Shown here: positions 18,143 to 26,374 of the stretch, piece after piece
Layout: each line of letters starts with the position of its first letter
Numbering within the stretch: position 1 is the first letter of the stretch
Source: a virus
Lineage: Duplodnaviria > Caudoviricetes
DNA length: 46,595 nt
Direction: 5' to 3' (one strand)
Virus record (IMG/VR): IMGVR_UViG_3300028897_000328
Span: 1 to 46,595 of that record
Made by a program: the position numbers and the translations under genes
Notes under the pieces: model-generated
Seen by the model: only the letters and a program-made list of their open reading frames with translations
Databases searched by the model: none
What the model was told of the DNA's origin: nothing

Positions 18143-20203
18143 ATGGATGCTCATGTTCGAGAACTCGCAAAAGAGTGGGAAATAGAAACAGGCAAGCCGT
18201 TTACGAAGGTTTTTGGTTATGTTTTTCCATTAAAGTATGTCGGAGAGCCAATGCTTTCCACTAGAAAGTTGCTTGCCCGTAATATGAAAAGACGGCCTGG
18301 GACTAGGGGTGGTAAAGAACGATTTAAGCCAAGGGTCCAGCCGACAAAAACTCCTCGAAGTGATTTTTTTACTTTGGTCATGGAGGGGATTAATGAGCAA
18401 CAATGGTTTCTTAATATTCACCCTCAAATTAGACGGACAGAAAAACTCATCGGTCACAAACTTTATCAACGAACCGCAACCCCTAGACATAATCGGTTTT
18501 GGGCCGAGTATATTTCTGCCTTTAAAACTAAAGGTCAAAATGCTCCCTTCTTTAGAGAAACTTGGATGCTTGGTGCGGCTCGAAGAAATCTAACTACGGC
18601 AATTTTAGGGTATAAACTTACTTCGGCTTTAGCCCAACCTTTTGCTGTTATGGATGCTATGTCTTACGCCGTTCCCCTTTACGGACGAAAAGTAGCTCAG
18701 GATATTTTAAAAGAAGTTAGCCGTAGTTTATTTGTCGATGCTAAATATGCAAAGAAGGCCATGAAGAGATCTCACGCATTACGGGTCCGATCAGGTGGTG
18801 AGGCCGCTATCCGTGATATTGAGGTTTATGATCCTCAGGCCCATTTTAAGGGAATGATTGCCGAAACCAAAAGAGCTTTTAAATCTCCAGCGGAACCTGG
18901 TGTTTTTAAAGGCTGGGCTAAGAACGCTTGGAAGACTTATAAGAATGAGTCATTAGCTCTTCTTCGTGAGCTTGACGTTAGGACAGCCGCAGGAACTCAA
19001 AAAGCAATTGAAAAGATTTTACGAAAAAATAATATTCCCAATTGGCGAAGAGAAGCTGAAGTCGTGATGAGTATTATGAACGGATCGGCTGAGATTTCAA
19101 TGAGGCCATTGGTCCTTCATCGAGGCGAAATGCCAAAGATGTTTTTTACTTTTCAATCCTTCTTCCTTAATAGATGGGGAATTATCGCACATGATTTAAT
19201 TGATAAAGGAATTCTTAAAGCAGTTAAATCTAAGGCAGAAATGGCCAGGGAAGCGACTAGGGCTTTTAAAGATCCTGAGCTTTTTACTCAGGCTTTGCAA
19301 ACAAAAGAATGGGCTTTGCTTACACCTGAAAATCCTAATTATCAAAAGCTTGGAAGATTAAAAAATAAAGCGCGAAGGATTGAATTTGAAAAAGATATCC
19401 GTGAACTTGGGTACGAGCCCATTAAGGCTAAAGGGATTTATAAGCCTGACGGTTATCGAGAAAACTCTTATCTAATTCCTGGAATGAGTACGGAGGAGGC
19501 AATTGTTCTTGGTAAGAAATGGGGACAGGCAGAAGTAGCAACTGATAAAGGTTTGGTTACTGCATCTACTGGAATGAGAAAACGATTTAATCTGGATCAG
19601 ATTAATACAAAACCTGGAAAGGATTTATTTATTACTTCATTAAATATTGGGGGCCGCAAGATTCGATTCAACATTCCATATAATGAAACAATGACTCGCC
19701 TTACCCGTGAAGAGATTCGACCCAAGTATACTCAAGGATCTTGGAAGAGTAGGTTCAATGCTTTGATCGGTCTTATGATTCTCGGTGCGGGAAACGTAGC
19801 AGAGAATGAAGTACGAAAAGCTCTTTATCAATTTACAACTGGAGCCGATGTACCTACCCAAGATTTATTGACCCAATTTATGATGACGGTTCCAGAGCAT
19901 GTCCCTGTGTTTGGTAATATGCTTCAAGCCGTATCCAGAGGCAGGGGATTTGAGCCTCCGTTGATTAGGGCCCTAGATAATCTCTTTGCAGGGACCTACC
20001 GAGTAATAGCGGGAAAGAAGGGAACCACAAAAGTTCGGGGAGCTATGAAAGCTCTTGAATCGGCAATTACCGCAACGACAGGCATCCCTGGTACGGCGCA
20101 GTTTTTTGATTTGGCCGAGCTTCTTCTCAAAGAGCCAGGGGCTCAGCATCATATTAACCTTACTAAGCGACAAAAAATGATTCGCAGAATAAGGAGGTCC
20201 TAA
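18143..20203 (+). CDS. Large ejection protein, C-terminal part, with an inserted DUF3293-like domain
   Basis: Same frame as 16586-18118; FFTFQSF helical-region motif; insert WALLTPENP...GIY...ENSYLIPG...LGKKWGQ. Confidence 0.6.
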   Translation: MDAHVRELAKEWEIETGKPFTKVFGYVFPLKYVGEPMLSTRKLLARNMKRRPGTRGGKERFKPRVQPTKTPRSDFFTLVMEGINEQQWFLNIHPQIRRTEKLIGHKLYQRTATPRHNRFWAEYISAFKTKGQNAPFFRETWMLGAARRNLTTAILGYKLTSALAQPFAVMDAMSYAVPLYGRKVAQDILKEVSRSLFVDAKYAKKAMKRSHALRVRSGGEAAIRDIEVYDPQAHFKGMIAETKRAFKSPAEPGVFKGWAKNAWKTYKNESLALLRELDVRTAAGTQKAIEKILRKNNIPNWRREAEVVMSIMNGSAEISMRPLVLHRGEMPKMFFTFQSFFLNRWGIIAHDLIDKGILKAVKSKAEMAREATRAFKDPELFTQALQTKEWALLTPENPNYQKLGRLKNKARRIEFEKDIRELGYEPIKAKGIYKPDGYRENSYLIPGMSTEEAIVLGKKWGQAEVATDKGLVTASTGMRKRFNLDQINTKPGKDLFITSLNIGGRKIRFNIPYNETMTRLTREEIRPKYTQGSWKSRFNALIGLMILGAGNVAENEVRKALYQFTTGADVPTQDLLTQFMMTVPEHVPVFGNMLQAVSRGRGFEPPLIRALDNLFAGTYRVIAGKKGTTKVRGAMKALESAITATTGIPGTAQFFDLAELLLKEPGAQHHINLTKRQKMIRRIRRS

Positions 20204-20373
20204 TGTTCGGTAGTGCAAAAGATTTACTAAAAGTTTATGAAAAAGCCAAACAAGATCTTGGAGTATTTTTAAAAACTCAAGGTGAAGAGTACATTAAAGG
20301 AAAGAAACTTGTGATTAAACCCAAATATGGCAAAGATGGGTTTCAAGTCGAGTTTAGTTTAGAGGATAAGTAA
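20203..20373 (+). CDS. Hypothetical protein (56 aa, not in ORF track)
   Basis: AAGGAGG RBS and TAATG overlap; MFGSAKDLLKVYEKAK...SLEDK. Confidence 0.6.
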   Translation: MFGSAKDLLKVYEKAKQDLGVFLKTQGEEYIKGKKLVIKPKYGKDGFQVEFSLEDK

Positions 20374-20423
20374 AGTAGTTTAGTTGTAACTAAATTACTA
20401 TACATAATTCTATAAGGAGTTGT

Positions 20424-20966
20424 ATGAGTGCATCCAAATCGTTGCATCAAATCGTACAAACTGGTGATTTGATCTTTAAAGCTTCCGATTCCATTATCGG
20501 CAAGATCATTCGCAAGATTACTTTCTCAAAAGTAAATCACGTTGGAATTGTCTTTAGTCCGACCAAAATTTTTGAAACAGATTTAAAATATGGACGGGCG
20601 ATTATGAATGATATATTTCAATGGCAGGGAGATCGTGTCATTATTATTCGTCCTTTATTTTATACTCCAGAATCTCCTGGCATGGTCCAAACTCTTTGTG
20701 AGCTTTATAAAGGAACACCTTACTCGGTATGGGACGTACTGTGTAATGGGGCCTTGTTTTGGCTGAAGGACGAGATCCGGTCTTCACTGCTTTCCTTCTT
20801 ATCGACCAAGGGATTTATGCACTGTGATGAGATGTCGGCCAGGATCGTATACGAATCTACTGGTCATAAGAGCTTGAAATATTGGGAAGGATTTACACCA
20901 GGGATGCTTCTGGAAATCTGTTTAAAGCATCGGATGGATTATGAGATTGTCTTCAGTTCACTCTAA
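20424..20966 (+). CDS. Permuted papain-like NlpC/P60 enzyme (YiiX/YebB-like)
   Basis: GDLIF..S..IGKIIRKIT.S..NHVGI, GTPY, HCDE: His precedes Cys; AAGGAG RBS; last + strand gene. Confidence 0.8.
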   Translation: MSASKSLHQIVQTGDLIFKASDSIIGKIIRKITFSKVNHVGIVFSPTKIFETDLKYGRAIMNDIFQWQGDRVIIIRPLFYTPESPGMVQTLCELYKGTPYSVWDVLCNGALFWLKDEIRSSLLSFLSTKGFMHCDEMSARIVYESTGHKSLKYWEGFTPGMLLEICLKHRMDYEIVFSSL

Positions 20967-21068
20967 GATTCTGCTTACCTTACTTCTTTCTCTCCTGGCA
21001 ATTTGTTGGGTAACTCTAGTCCAGTATATTCAGTTTATTCAAATGGTAAAAGCTGTAACTTCGTAAAA

Positions 21069-21338
21069 CTATTTATTCTTCCTTTCATCATAGGGTCTTT
21101 TTTCAACTAAAGTTCGATGGTACTTGAGGTCCGTCAACATCATCTCTAAACATTGAATTAATTCTTTCTTTGAATCCCCTGAAGGCCACTCTGGATGGTA
21201 GGACCATGCTGAACGATCTTTTTTTCCAATGCGTGAAAGAGGAACCTTTGGGAAATACTCTACTATGCAATAAAACCAATGTTTCTTTTTTCCTACTTTA
21301 GTAAATTTCTTACAAGCTCGATAATACCAAAAGCCCAT
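21069..21338 (-). CDS. Conserved-looking phage hypothetical protein
   Basis: Likely start MGFWYYR at 21338; W.YR...W...P..PSGDSKKELIQCLEMML pattern. Confidence 0.6.
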   Translation of the reverse strand: MGFWYYRACKKFTKVGKKKHWFYCIVEYFPKVPLSRIGKKDRSAWSYHPEWPSGDSKKELIQCLEMMLTDLKYHRTLVEKRPYDERKNK

Positions 21339-21805
21339 TATTCTAACCCCTTTCCGTCGAAGATAGATTTTAGCCCTCCTGAGTGTTTCATTTTTCGTGT
21401 ATCCGATCTCATTAAATAATCTTCTACCAAAGCCCTTAGCCAAATCGGAAGTCGTTTCAATTTGGTATGACTAATTTGGTGTGAACCTTGTACCGTTTCT
21501 ATTCCGCTTGCATGGATTAATTCGTGGATCAAAGCCTCATAAAATCGGATACAGAAATTGAGTCTAAACGTAGACGGCTCTTCGTGGATTGGTATTCCTT
21601 GACGTATAATTGACCCACTTACCGCCGTATAGATCTCAGTTAAGAAGATGTAAACGGTATTCGTAATAGGGCTATAAGCCCCGAAAGGAAGTCGTTTATA
21701 CCATCCTTTTTTCCTGGCAATCCAGCGAAACCACCAGGGCCTAGATGAAAGAAAGTCCTGGTAATTATCCCACAATTCCAGTTTAACTTTTATCTCTGGT
21801 TTCAT
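21338..21805 (-). CDS. Putative zincin-like metallopeptidase
   Basis: GAY...VYI strands followed by LIHELIH; GGAGG RBS before ATG 21805. Confidence 0.55.
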   Translation of the reverse strand: MKPEIKVKLELWDNYQDFLSSRPWWFRWIARKKGWYKRLPFGAYSPITNTVYIFLTEIYTAVSGSIIRQGIPIHEEPSTFRLNFCIRFYEALIHELIHASGIETVQGSHQISHTKLKRLPIWLRALVEDYLMRSDTRKMKHSGGLKSIFDGKGLE

Positions 21806-22409
21806 TATGCCTCCGTCCCTTGTACCAAGGAAACATATCACGCCTTAATTTAGCCATTCGTCCATCTGGATGCGTAAATACAATACCTTCTACAAATCCA
21901 TTTTCCTTTATTCCGCGCCGAAGCGCATACAAAGGCATTAATTCTTTAAACCATTCTGAAATAGATTCAAAGGTTTTTGGATGCTTCCCCCAACATTTAT
22001 AAGCCAAGTGTTTGTCACAATAGCCTTTGAATGGAAGCCACAAATTTCCTATAAGTTGATATGGATTTCCATTAACCTTTTCTCCGATCAATTCTCCAAA
22101 ATGCTGTCCATCAGAAAGAAATTCAGTATAACCTTTCCCGTATGATTCTAAAACCCCTCTGGTAATAAACTGCTTTCCCTTGTTAAAAAAAGGTACTCTC
22201 TCGGTACGATTCCACATTCCTGTGATAGTGCCATCTTGAATATAAATGCTTACATTTGTCCCGTGAAGTTTTTCAATAGCCTTTACTTCAGGGTCTTCAA
22301 AAACCCACTCATATCCAAGAGCAACTTCAGGAGTAACCACATAAGATCCATCAATTTCTTTTCGTACAAATGGAGATTCAAGTTTAGGCATATCACTTAT
22401 GCTTTTCAT
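21783..22409 (-). CDS. RNA ligase-like nucleotidyltransferase (DUF5565-like)
   Basis: EKLHGTN (motif I), FGELIG, EGIVF, MAKLRR. Confidence 0.75.
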   Translation of the reverse strand: MKSISDMPKLESPFVRKEIDGSYVVTPEVALGYEWVFEDPEVKAIEKLHGTNVSIYIQDGTITGMWNRTERVPFFNKGKQFITRGVLESYGKGYTEFLSDGQHFGELIGEKVNGNPYQLIGNLWLPFKGYCDKHLAYKCWGKHPKTFESISEWFKELMPLYALRRGIKENGFVEGIVFTHPDGRMAKLRRDMFPWYKGRRHNETRDKS

Positions 22410-22533
22410 TTGTTTTTCCTTTCTTATACTTTGAATACCGGATACATTTTTTACAGTGTATACTGTAATTCTTACAGGAACCCTGCTTGGGACACCAGCC
22501 TATATTCCAATTACCCCTGCTCTTGTATCCCAT
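22393..22533 (-). CDS. Small Cys-rich protein (46 aa, not in ORF track)
   Basis: MGYKSRGNWNIGWCPKQGSCKNYSIHCKKCIRYSKYKKGKTNEKHK; GAGG upstream; fills the gap between neighbours. Confidence 0.5.
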   Translation of the reverse strand: MGYKSRGNWNIGWCPKQGSCKNYSIHCKKCIRYSKYKKGKTNEKHK

Positions 22534-22708
22534 CGAAACCTCTATTGATTATCATGGGGTATCTTGAATACTTATTTATCAAACTAAAAAAGTCTGGTAC
22601 TTTAGTGCTTGCCATAAGTTTTTCCTCCCATGTTTTAGTTCGTCGATAGCAACGGTACTCTAAATACCGATATAAACAACATAAACGCTGAAAAGATCTG
22701 TACTTCAT
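22511..22708 (-). CDS. Hypothetical protein
   Basis: Coupled to upstream stop; no recognisable motif. Confidence 0.4.
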   Translation of the reverse strand: MKYRSFQRLCCLYRYLEYRCYRRTKTWEEKLMASTKVPDFFSLINKYSRYPMIINRGFDGIQEQG

Positions 22709-22962
22709 TATTCTAACGGACCTTCTTCCCGTCCCGCCTCACCGTTATCCAAAGTAGTATTTTTCATAGGCCTCATTTTAAATTTAACACGACGAGAATC
22801 CTGCTGTCTCAACCGAAGTAACTCATTAATAATATTTTTACAGAAGAGTCTCTCAAACCAATTAAACTTTGGTGGGATCAGTTTCATAAACCAAGGTCGA
22901 GACTCAACGACTTTAATCATCTTGTCGGCCCATTGTAAAAGTAGTTTGCTATTATGCTCCAT
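22708..22962 (-). CDS. Hypothetical protein
   Basis: AGGAG RBS; coupled to both neighbours. Confidence 0.55.
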   Translation of the reverse strand: MEHNSKLLLQWADKMIKVVESRPWFMKLIPPKFNWFERLFCKNIINELLRLRQQDSRRVKFKMRPMKNTTLDNGEAGREEGPLE

Positions 22963-23396
22963 TAACTTTTCTCCTTTCCTTTTATCCTTTCATGGAGATA
23001 CCCCATCACATTAAACAGGACCGCACAAATCGAGTCTTCCATATCTTCCTCACCTGCAAACCCTCGATGCTGAGCCCAAAGATCCATGAAATGCCTGAAA
23101 GCCGATTTCATGTAAGTATCCAAAGGAATTCCTTTTTGCCAATTATCTGAGGCCCGCATATTTCCATCGGCTTGCTTCCGATGTTTATGAAGGTATTGAG
23201 CGTACCGTTTTAGAACTAATGGACTAAGGAAACCCTCATAATCCAATTTGTTTATATCCACATTTCGTGTAGCCCCTGATGCAAAAGTTCGCATCTGATT
23301 TTCTGTAGCAGGATAAATCGCTCCAGGTCTTGCTTCAATCTTAGTTGGATCAAAGTTTCCTTTTTCCTCATCGTACTTAGGGTATGGACTGTTCAT
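22962..23396 (-). CDS. dATP/dGTP diphosphohydrolase-like protein (DUF5664-like)
   Basis: RTFASGATR...KLDYEGFLSP...DNWQKGIP...SAFRH...AVLFN; AGGAG RBS before ATG 23396. Confidence 0.75.
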   Translation of the reverse strand: MNSPYPKYDEEKGNFDPTKIEARPGAIYPATENQMRTFASGATRNVDINKLDYEGFLSPLVLKRYAQYLHKHRKQADGNMRASDNWQKGIPLDTYMKSAFRHFMDLWAQHRGFAGEEDMEDSICAVLFNVMGYLHERIKGKEKS

Positions 23397-23601
23397 CGTT
23401 TTTAGTCTCCTTTTTTGTTTTGTGAAATGAAAGGCAAAACAAGTGTTGCCAACTTCGAGGTACAATAGCAATTGTGACATGCCAACTGTTTTGTACATAT
23501 TGAAAATTTCCAAAATCCACCACTGTCTCTAAAGGGCCACCAATAAACAAGCCCCACAATTGTCCGAAATCTAAATAACCGAAATGAATAGATTCAATCA
23601 C
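23377..23601 (-). CDS. Hypothetical protein
   Basis: Probable GTG start overlapping the upstream stop; start uncertain. Confidence 0.4.
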   Translation of the reverse strand: MIESIHFGYLDFGQLWGLFIGGPLETVVDFGNFQYVQNSWHVTIAIVPRSWQHLFCLSFHKTKKETKNDEQSIP

Positions 23602-23980
23602 ATGCTGTTTGAATTTCTTTTTTAGTTCGTTTACAATATGCACAACGTCCTCCTTTGGCAAAATAATGAAAACCATTCTTACAACCATTTGTACCAAAGT
23701 CTATTTCATCAGCCGCTTTCTTATGAAATGGCTTAGCATACTTCTCATCTGTTGGCCTTCGCCATGACCCTTTTCTAACGTGATATTTACGGTTCAGATA
23801 CTCCTGGAGGGGCATCGGGTATTTTCCCATCGTGTCCCTCACTTCCCCTATCCTCTCCAGTTTCCCCGTCTTTTCGTTGAATTGGTATCGGCCCCTTTGG
23901 ATCATCTTTTGCTTGATCTCCTGTGATCTTACGAAGATCTTCTTGAGATTTTTCCAAAGCTTCTGTAGCTGTTTGAACAT
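23594..23980 (-). CDS. Basic protein with amphipathic N-terminus and C-terminal C/H zinc finger
   Basis: MFKQLQKLWKNLKKIF...CKNGFH...CAYC; GGAGG RBS. Confidence 0.6.
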   Translation of the reverse strand: MFKQLQKLWKNLKKIFVRSQEIKQKMIQRGRYQFNEKTGKLERIGEVRDTMGKYPMPLQEYLNRKYHVRKGSWRRPTDEKYAKPFHKKAADEIDFGTNGCKNGFHYFAKGGRCAYCKRTKKEIQTACD

Positions 23981-24269
23981 TCGATTCCTCCGACATAGTT
24001 TTCAAGGGAATTAAATCCCCTATAATTCGGTGAGCTAAAATAGACCTGGCCAAAGTTCTAATTAAAGCCAAAGCTCCCTTTACCTCGGCTTTCTTGGTCC
24101 CTCCCAAGATCTTAAACGAATGATACCTTTTTTCAAGATCTTGTTCTAGTGATGCTAATAGGACCAATAAAGGATCGGCCTGAGTCCAGGCATCTCGGAT
24201 TGTTTGAATGGCCCGTGTCGTTCCAAGATACCTGGTCTTATTTCGTTTGTCTTTAGATTTACTTCCCAT
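23787..24269 (-). CDS. Hypothetical helical protein
   Basis: GAGGT RBS; 3' end overlaps the next gene by about 190 nt. Confidence 0.55.
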   Translation of the reverse strand: MGSKSKDKRNKTRYLGTTRAIQTIRDAWTQADPLLVLLASLEQDLEKRYHSFKILGGTKKAEVKGALALIRTLARSILAHRIIGDLIPLKTMSEESNVQTATEALEKSQEDLRKITGDQAKDDPKGPIPIQRKDGETGEDRGSEGHDGKIPDAPPGVSEP

Positions 24270-24271
24270 AA

Positions 24272-24538
24272 CTACCTCGCAAATCTTTTGATCCGATGAA
24301 TGTGCTTCATTGGATAAAACTCATCGTGATCATAATGATACTCAACTTGACGAAAGAATTGTGGACTATCAGGAGGAAAAGGATTAGGTCTTAAAACTTC
24401 TTTGAAAACAATTAACCTTACCATCCTTCCTTCAATAACCATTCGACAATTCTTTATCCAAAATGCTTCAGGGCTATCCTTAAAAAGAATTTGGATATCG
24501 ACTTTGCCTTCTTCTGTTCCTGTTGGACTTGGCTTCAT
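24272..24538 (-). CDS. Hypothetical protein
   Basis: GGAGG RBS, ATGA overlap. Confidence 0.55.
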   Translation of the reverse strand: MKPSPTGTEEGKVDIQILFKDSPEAFWIKNCRMVIEGRMVRLIVFKEVLRPNPFPPDSPQFFRQVEYHYDHDEFYPMKHIHRIKRFAR

Positions 24539-24984
24539 TTGTTACCTCCATACCAATTAAGAAAATCTTCGACAGTCTTGAATCGTTTAGTCGTGTACTC
24601 TACTATCCAAGGATGCTCAGAGTAGTTTTCGCTGACAAAGTAAATTGGCTTCCTCATCAGGACCGCGCAACACATCTCAATCGCGGTTCCAAAAGACGGC
24701 TTACGAACAATAGTAAACAACGCCTCTTGTGCGGCTAAGTTCTTCAGATCATCCTGGACAATTCCTTTGGAATCTCGTTTGGAAAACTCCAATTCAGTTT
24801 TCCCACTTCCATACTCGAATTCCGTAGAGTCTAGTTGACGCATTTCTTCAACCCTATCTGGATTATCGTAGAACGGATTAAAGAGCAAGATTCCCAAGGT
24901 CTTTTCAATTTCTGCTTCAATCTCTCTGAACTCTTTCCGATCATTGAAATTGTGAGCAAAATAAAAAGTTTTAGGTTTGGACAT
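24535..24984 (-). CDS. Nucleoside 2-deoxyribosyltransferase / nucleotide N-hydrolase-like protein
   Basis: FYFAH.F, LFNPF, DDL, SFGTAIE...RKPIY match the NDT superfamily pattern. Confidence 0.75.
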   Translation of the reverse strand: MSKPKTFYFAHNFNDRKEFREIEAEIEKTLGILLFNPFYDNPDRVEEMRQLDSTEFEYGSGKTELEFSKRDSKGIVQDDLKNLAAQEALFTIVRKPSFGTAIEMCCAVLMRKPIYFVSENYSEHPWIVEYTTKRFKTVEDFLNWYGGNK

Positions 24985-25177
24985 GGGTTTTCACCTTTGT
25001 CTTTCTATGGTATTTTTTGGAGTCGTGAAAGAACTTTCTCCAAAATTTTCGGTATTTCCGTTTTGTTAACTTACGGAGTGCAGTGATTCCGTAAACGTCA
25101 TCTATCTCGACCCACAAGATCCCTAAAACGGCAAGTGAGCCAATGATATGAATGGTTTCGATTAAGAATTGAAACAT
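24971..25177 (-). CDS. Small membrane protein
   Basis: N-terminal hydrophobic segment and basic tail; GGAG RBS. Confidence 0.5.
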   Translation of the reverse strand: MFQFLIETIHIIGSLAVLGILWVEIDDVYGITALRKLTKRKYRKFWRKFFHDSKKYHRKTKVKTHVQT

Positions 25178-25446
25178 TGAATATCTCCGTCCGTAAAGCC
25201 ATTCTCTTGCATTTTCTTGTGTTCATAATTCATAACATGAACGCTAAAGAAGCAGAGAAGGGCCCCCAGCATAGCCCCCAATAAAAGGCAAGCTGTGGTC
25301 CACCGTTTTTCTCTTGCAAATAATCTTACAGGGATCTCGTATAAAACGTATGTAAGATCGCCAATCTTTTTATGGGTAAGCTTTGGCGTAAGCTCTTGTA
25401 ATCCTGGTTCAAATTGAACTCGTTCTTTTTTCTCAGTCCAAGGCAT
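25162..25446 (-). CDS. Conserved phage protein (DUF6899-like)
   Basis: MPW...R...GDLTYVLY...GA...YEHKKMQENG pattern; GGAGG RBS. Confidence 0.55.
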   Translation of the reverse strand: MPWTEKKERVQFEPGLQELTPKLTHKKIGDLTYVLYEIPVRLFAREKRWTTACLLLGAMLGALLCFFSVHVMNYEHKKMQENGFTDGDIQCFNS

Positions 25447-25456
25447 AGTAACCTCC

Positions 25457-25612
25457 TTAAAAATATACTTTGTGATAGATTAGTAAACTTACAACCAATC
25501 CTATTAAGGCCGCTATTCCTCCGATTACATTAAAGATTGTTCGTATCACGGCCATTTTATACTCTTCTTTTTTCCTGTCTGGTCGTTTATCTGGTACTTT
25601 GATTAGAGCCAT
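25457..25612 (-). CDS. Small single-TM protein
   Basis: IFNVIGGIAALIGLVVSLLIY; start uncertain (25612 or 25555). Confidence 0.45.
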   Translation of the reverse strand: MALIKVPDKRPDRKKEEYKMAVIRTIFNVIGGIAALIGLVVSLLIYHKVYF

Positions 25613-26366
25613 CTTTCGTAGATCTCCTATCTCTGGTTTCTTTACCGCAATCCTGACATTTGTAGCGTCGGTATTTAAAAACCTTGGTATAAAACCAACC
25701 ATTTTTAACCATGCGTTTACTACCGCATACAGAGCACTCAGAAAGACTTTTTACACCTTTATATAGGGTTAGATTAGGATGATTGACTATGTAGGGCTTT
25801 AAATCCTCATAAAGCTCTTCTAGTAGCCGTACATCGTGTTTACAGTAGGCTTTCATCACCTTCCATGATTTCTGTTCCCCTTTCATACATTTAATCCATA
25901 GAGGAAAGCCCTCATGTGGAATTTTCATACCCAACTTTCTTCGCCGTGTCAAGAAATCTAATTTATTACTAACGAATTTAAAATGTTTCTTGACTACTTT
26001 CAGTGTATCAATAGACTGGAACGAAGAAGGTGGTTGCATATCGTTCTTTAAAAAGATAGTGTTTAACCATTTAATATCAAACTTATCCCCATTGTGGGTA
26101 ATCACTATGTCAGCTTCGTTTAAAAGACTCCACATACTTTCTGCTATATGCCTATCACAATGAGGATTATTTTTAAATGTTTCAGGATAATCAATAATAC
26201 TATCATACATAATCTTTTTTTGGTGGAGCCATTTCGCGGCCCAACAAATTACATACCCCTCTTCAACTATTTGGTTAATAGCTACGTTCTGATCGTATAA
26301 GCCCCATGTATAAACTAAATTAGGAGCAGTTTCAATATCAAGTAGTAAAATTTTAACCTGTCTCAT
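25587..26366 (-). CDS. RNase H-fold DnaQ-like exonuclease with C-terminal zinc ribbon
   Basis: ILLLDIET, THNGDKFD, IDTLK, YCKHDV; CSVC...CQDC. Confidence 0.85.
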   Translation of the reverse strand: MRQVKILLLDIETAPNLVYTWGLYDQNVAINQIVEEGYVICWAAKWLHQKKIMYDSIIDYPETFKNNPHCDRHIAESMWSLLNEADIVITHNGDKFDIKWLNTIFLKNDMQPPSSFQSIDTLKVVKKHFKFVSNKLDFLTRRRKLGMKIPHEGFPLWIKCMKGEQKSWKVMKAYCKHDVRLLEELYEDLKPYIVNHPNLTLYKGVKSLSECSVCGSKRMVKNGWFYTKVFKYRRYKCQDCGKETRDRRSTKDGSNQSTR

Positions 26367-26374
26367 TAATCCTC

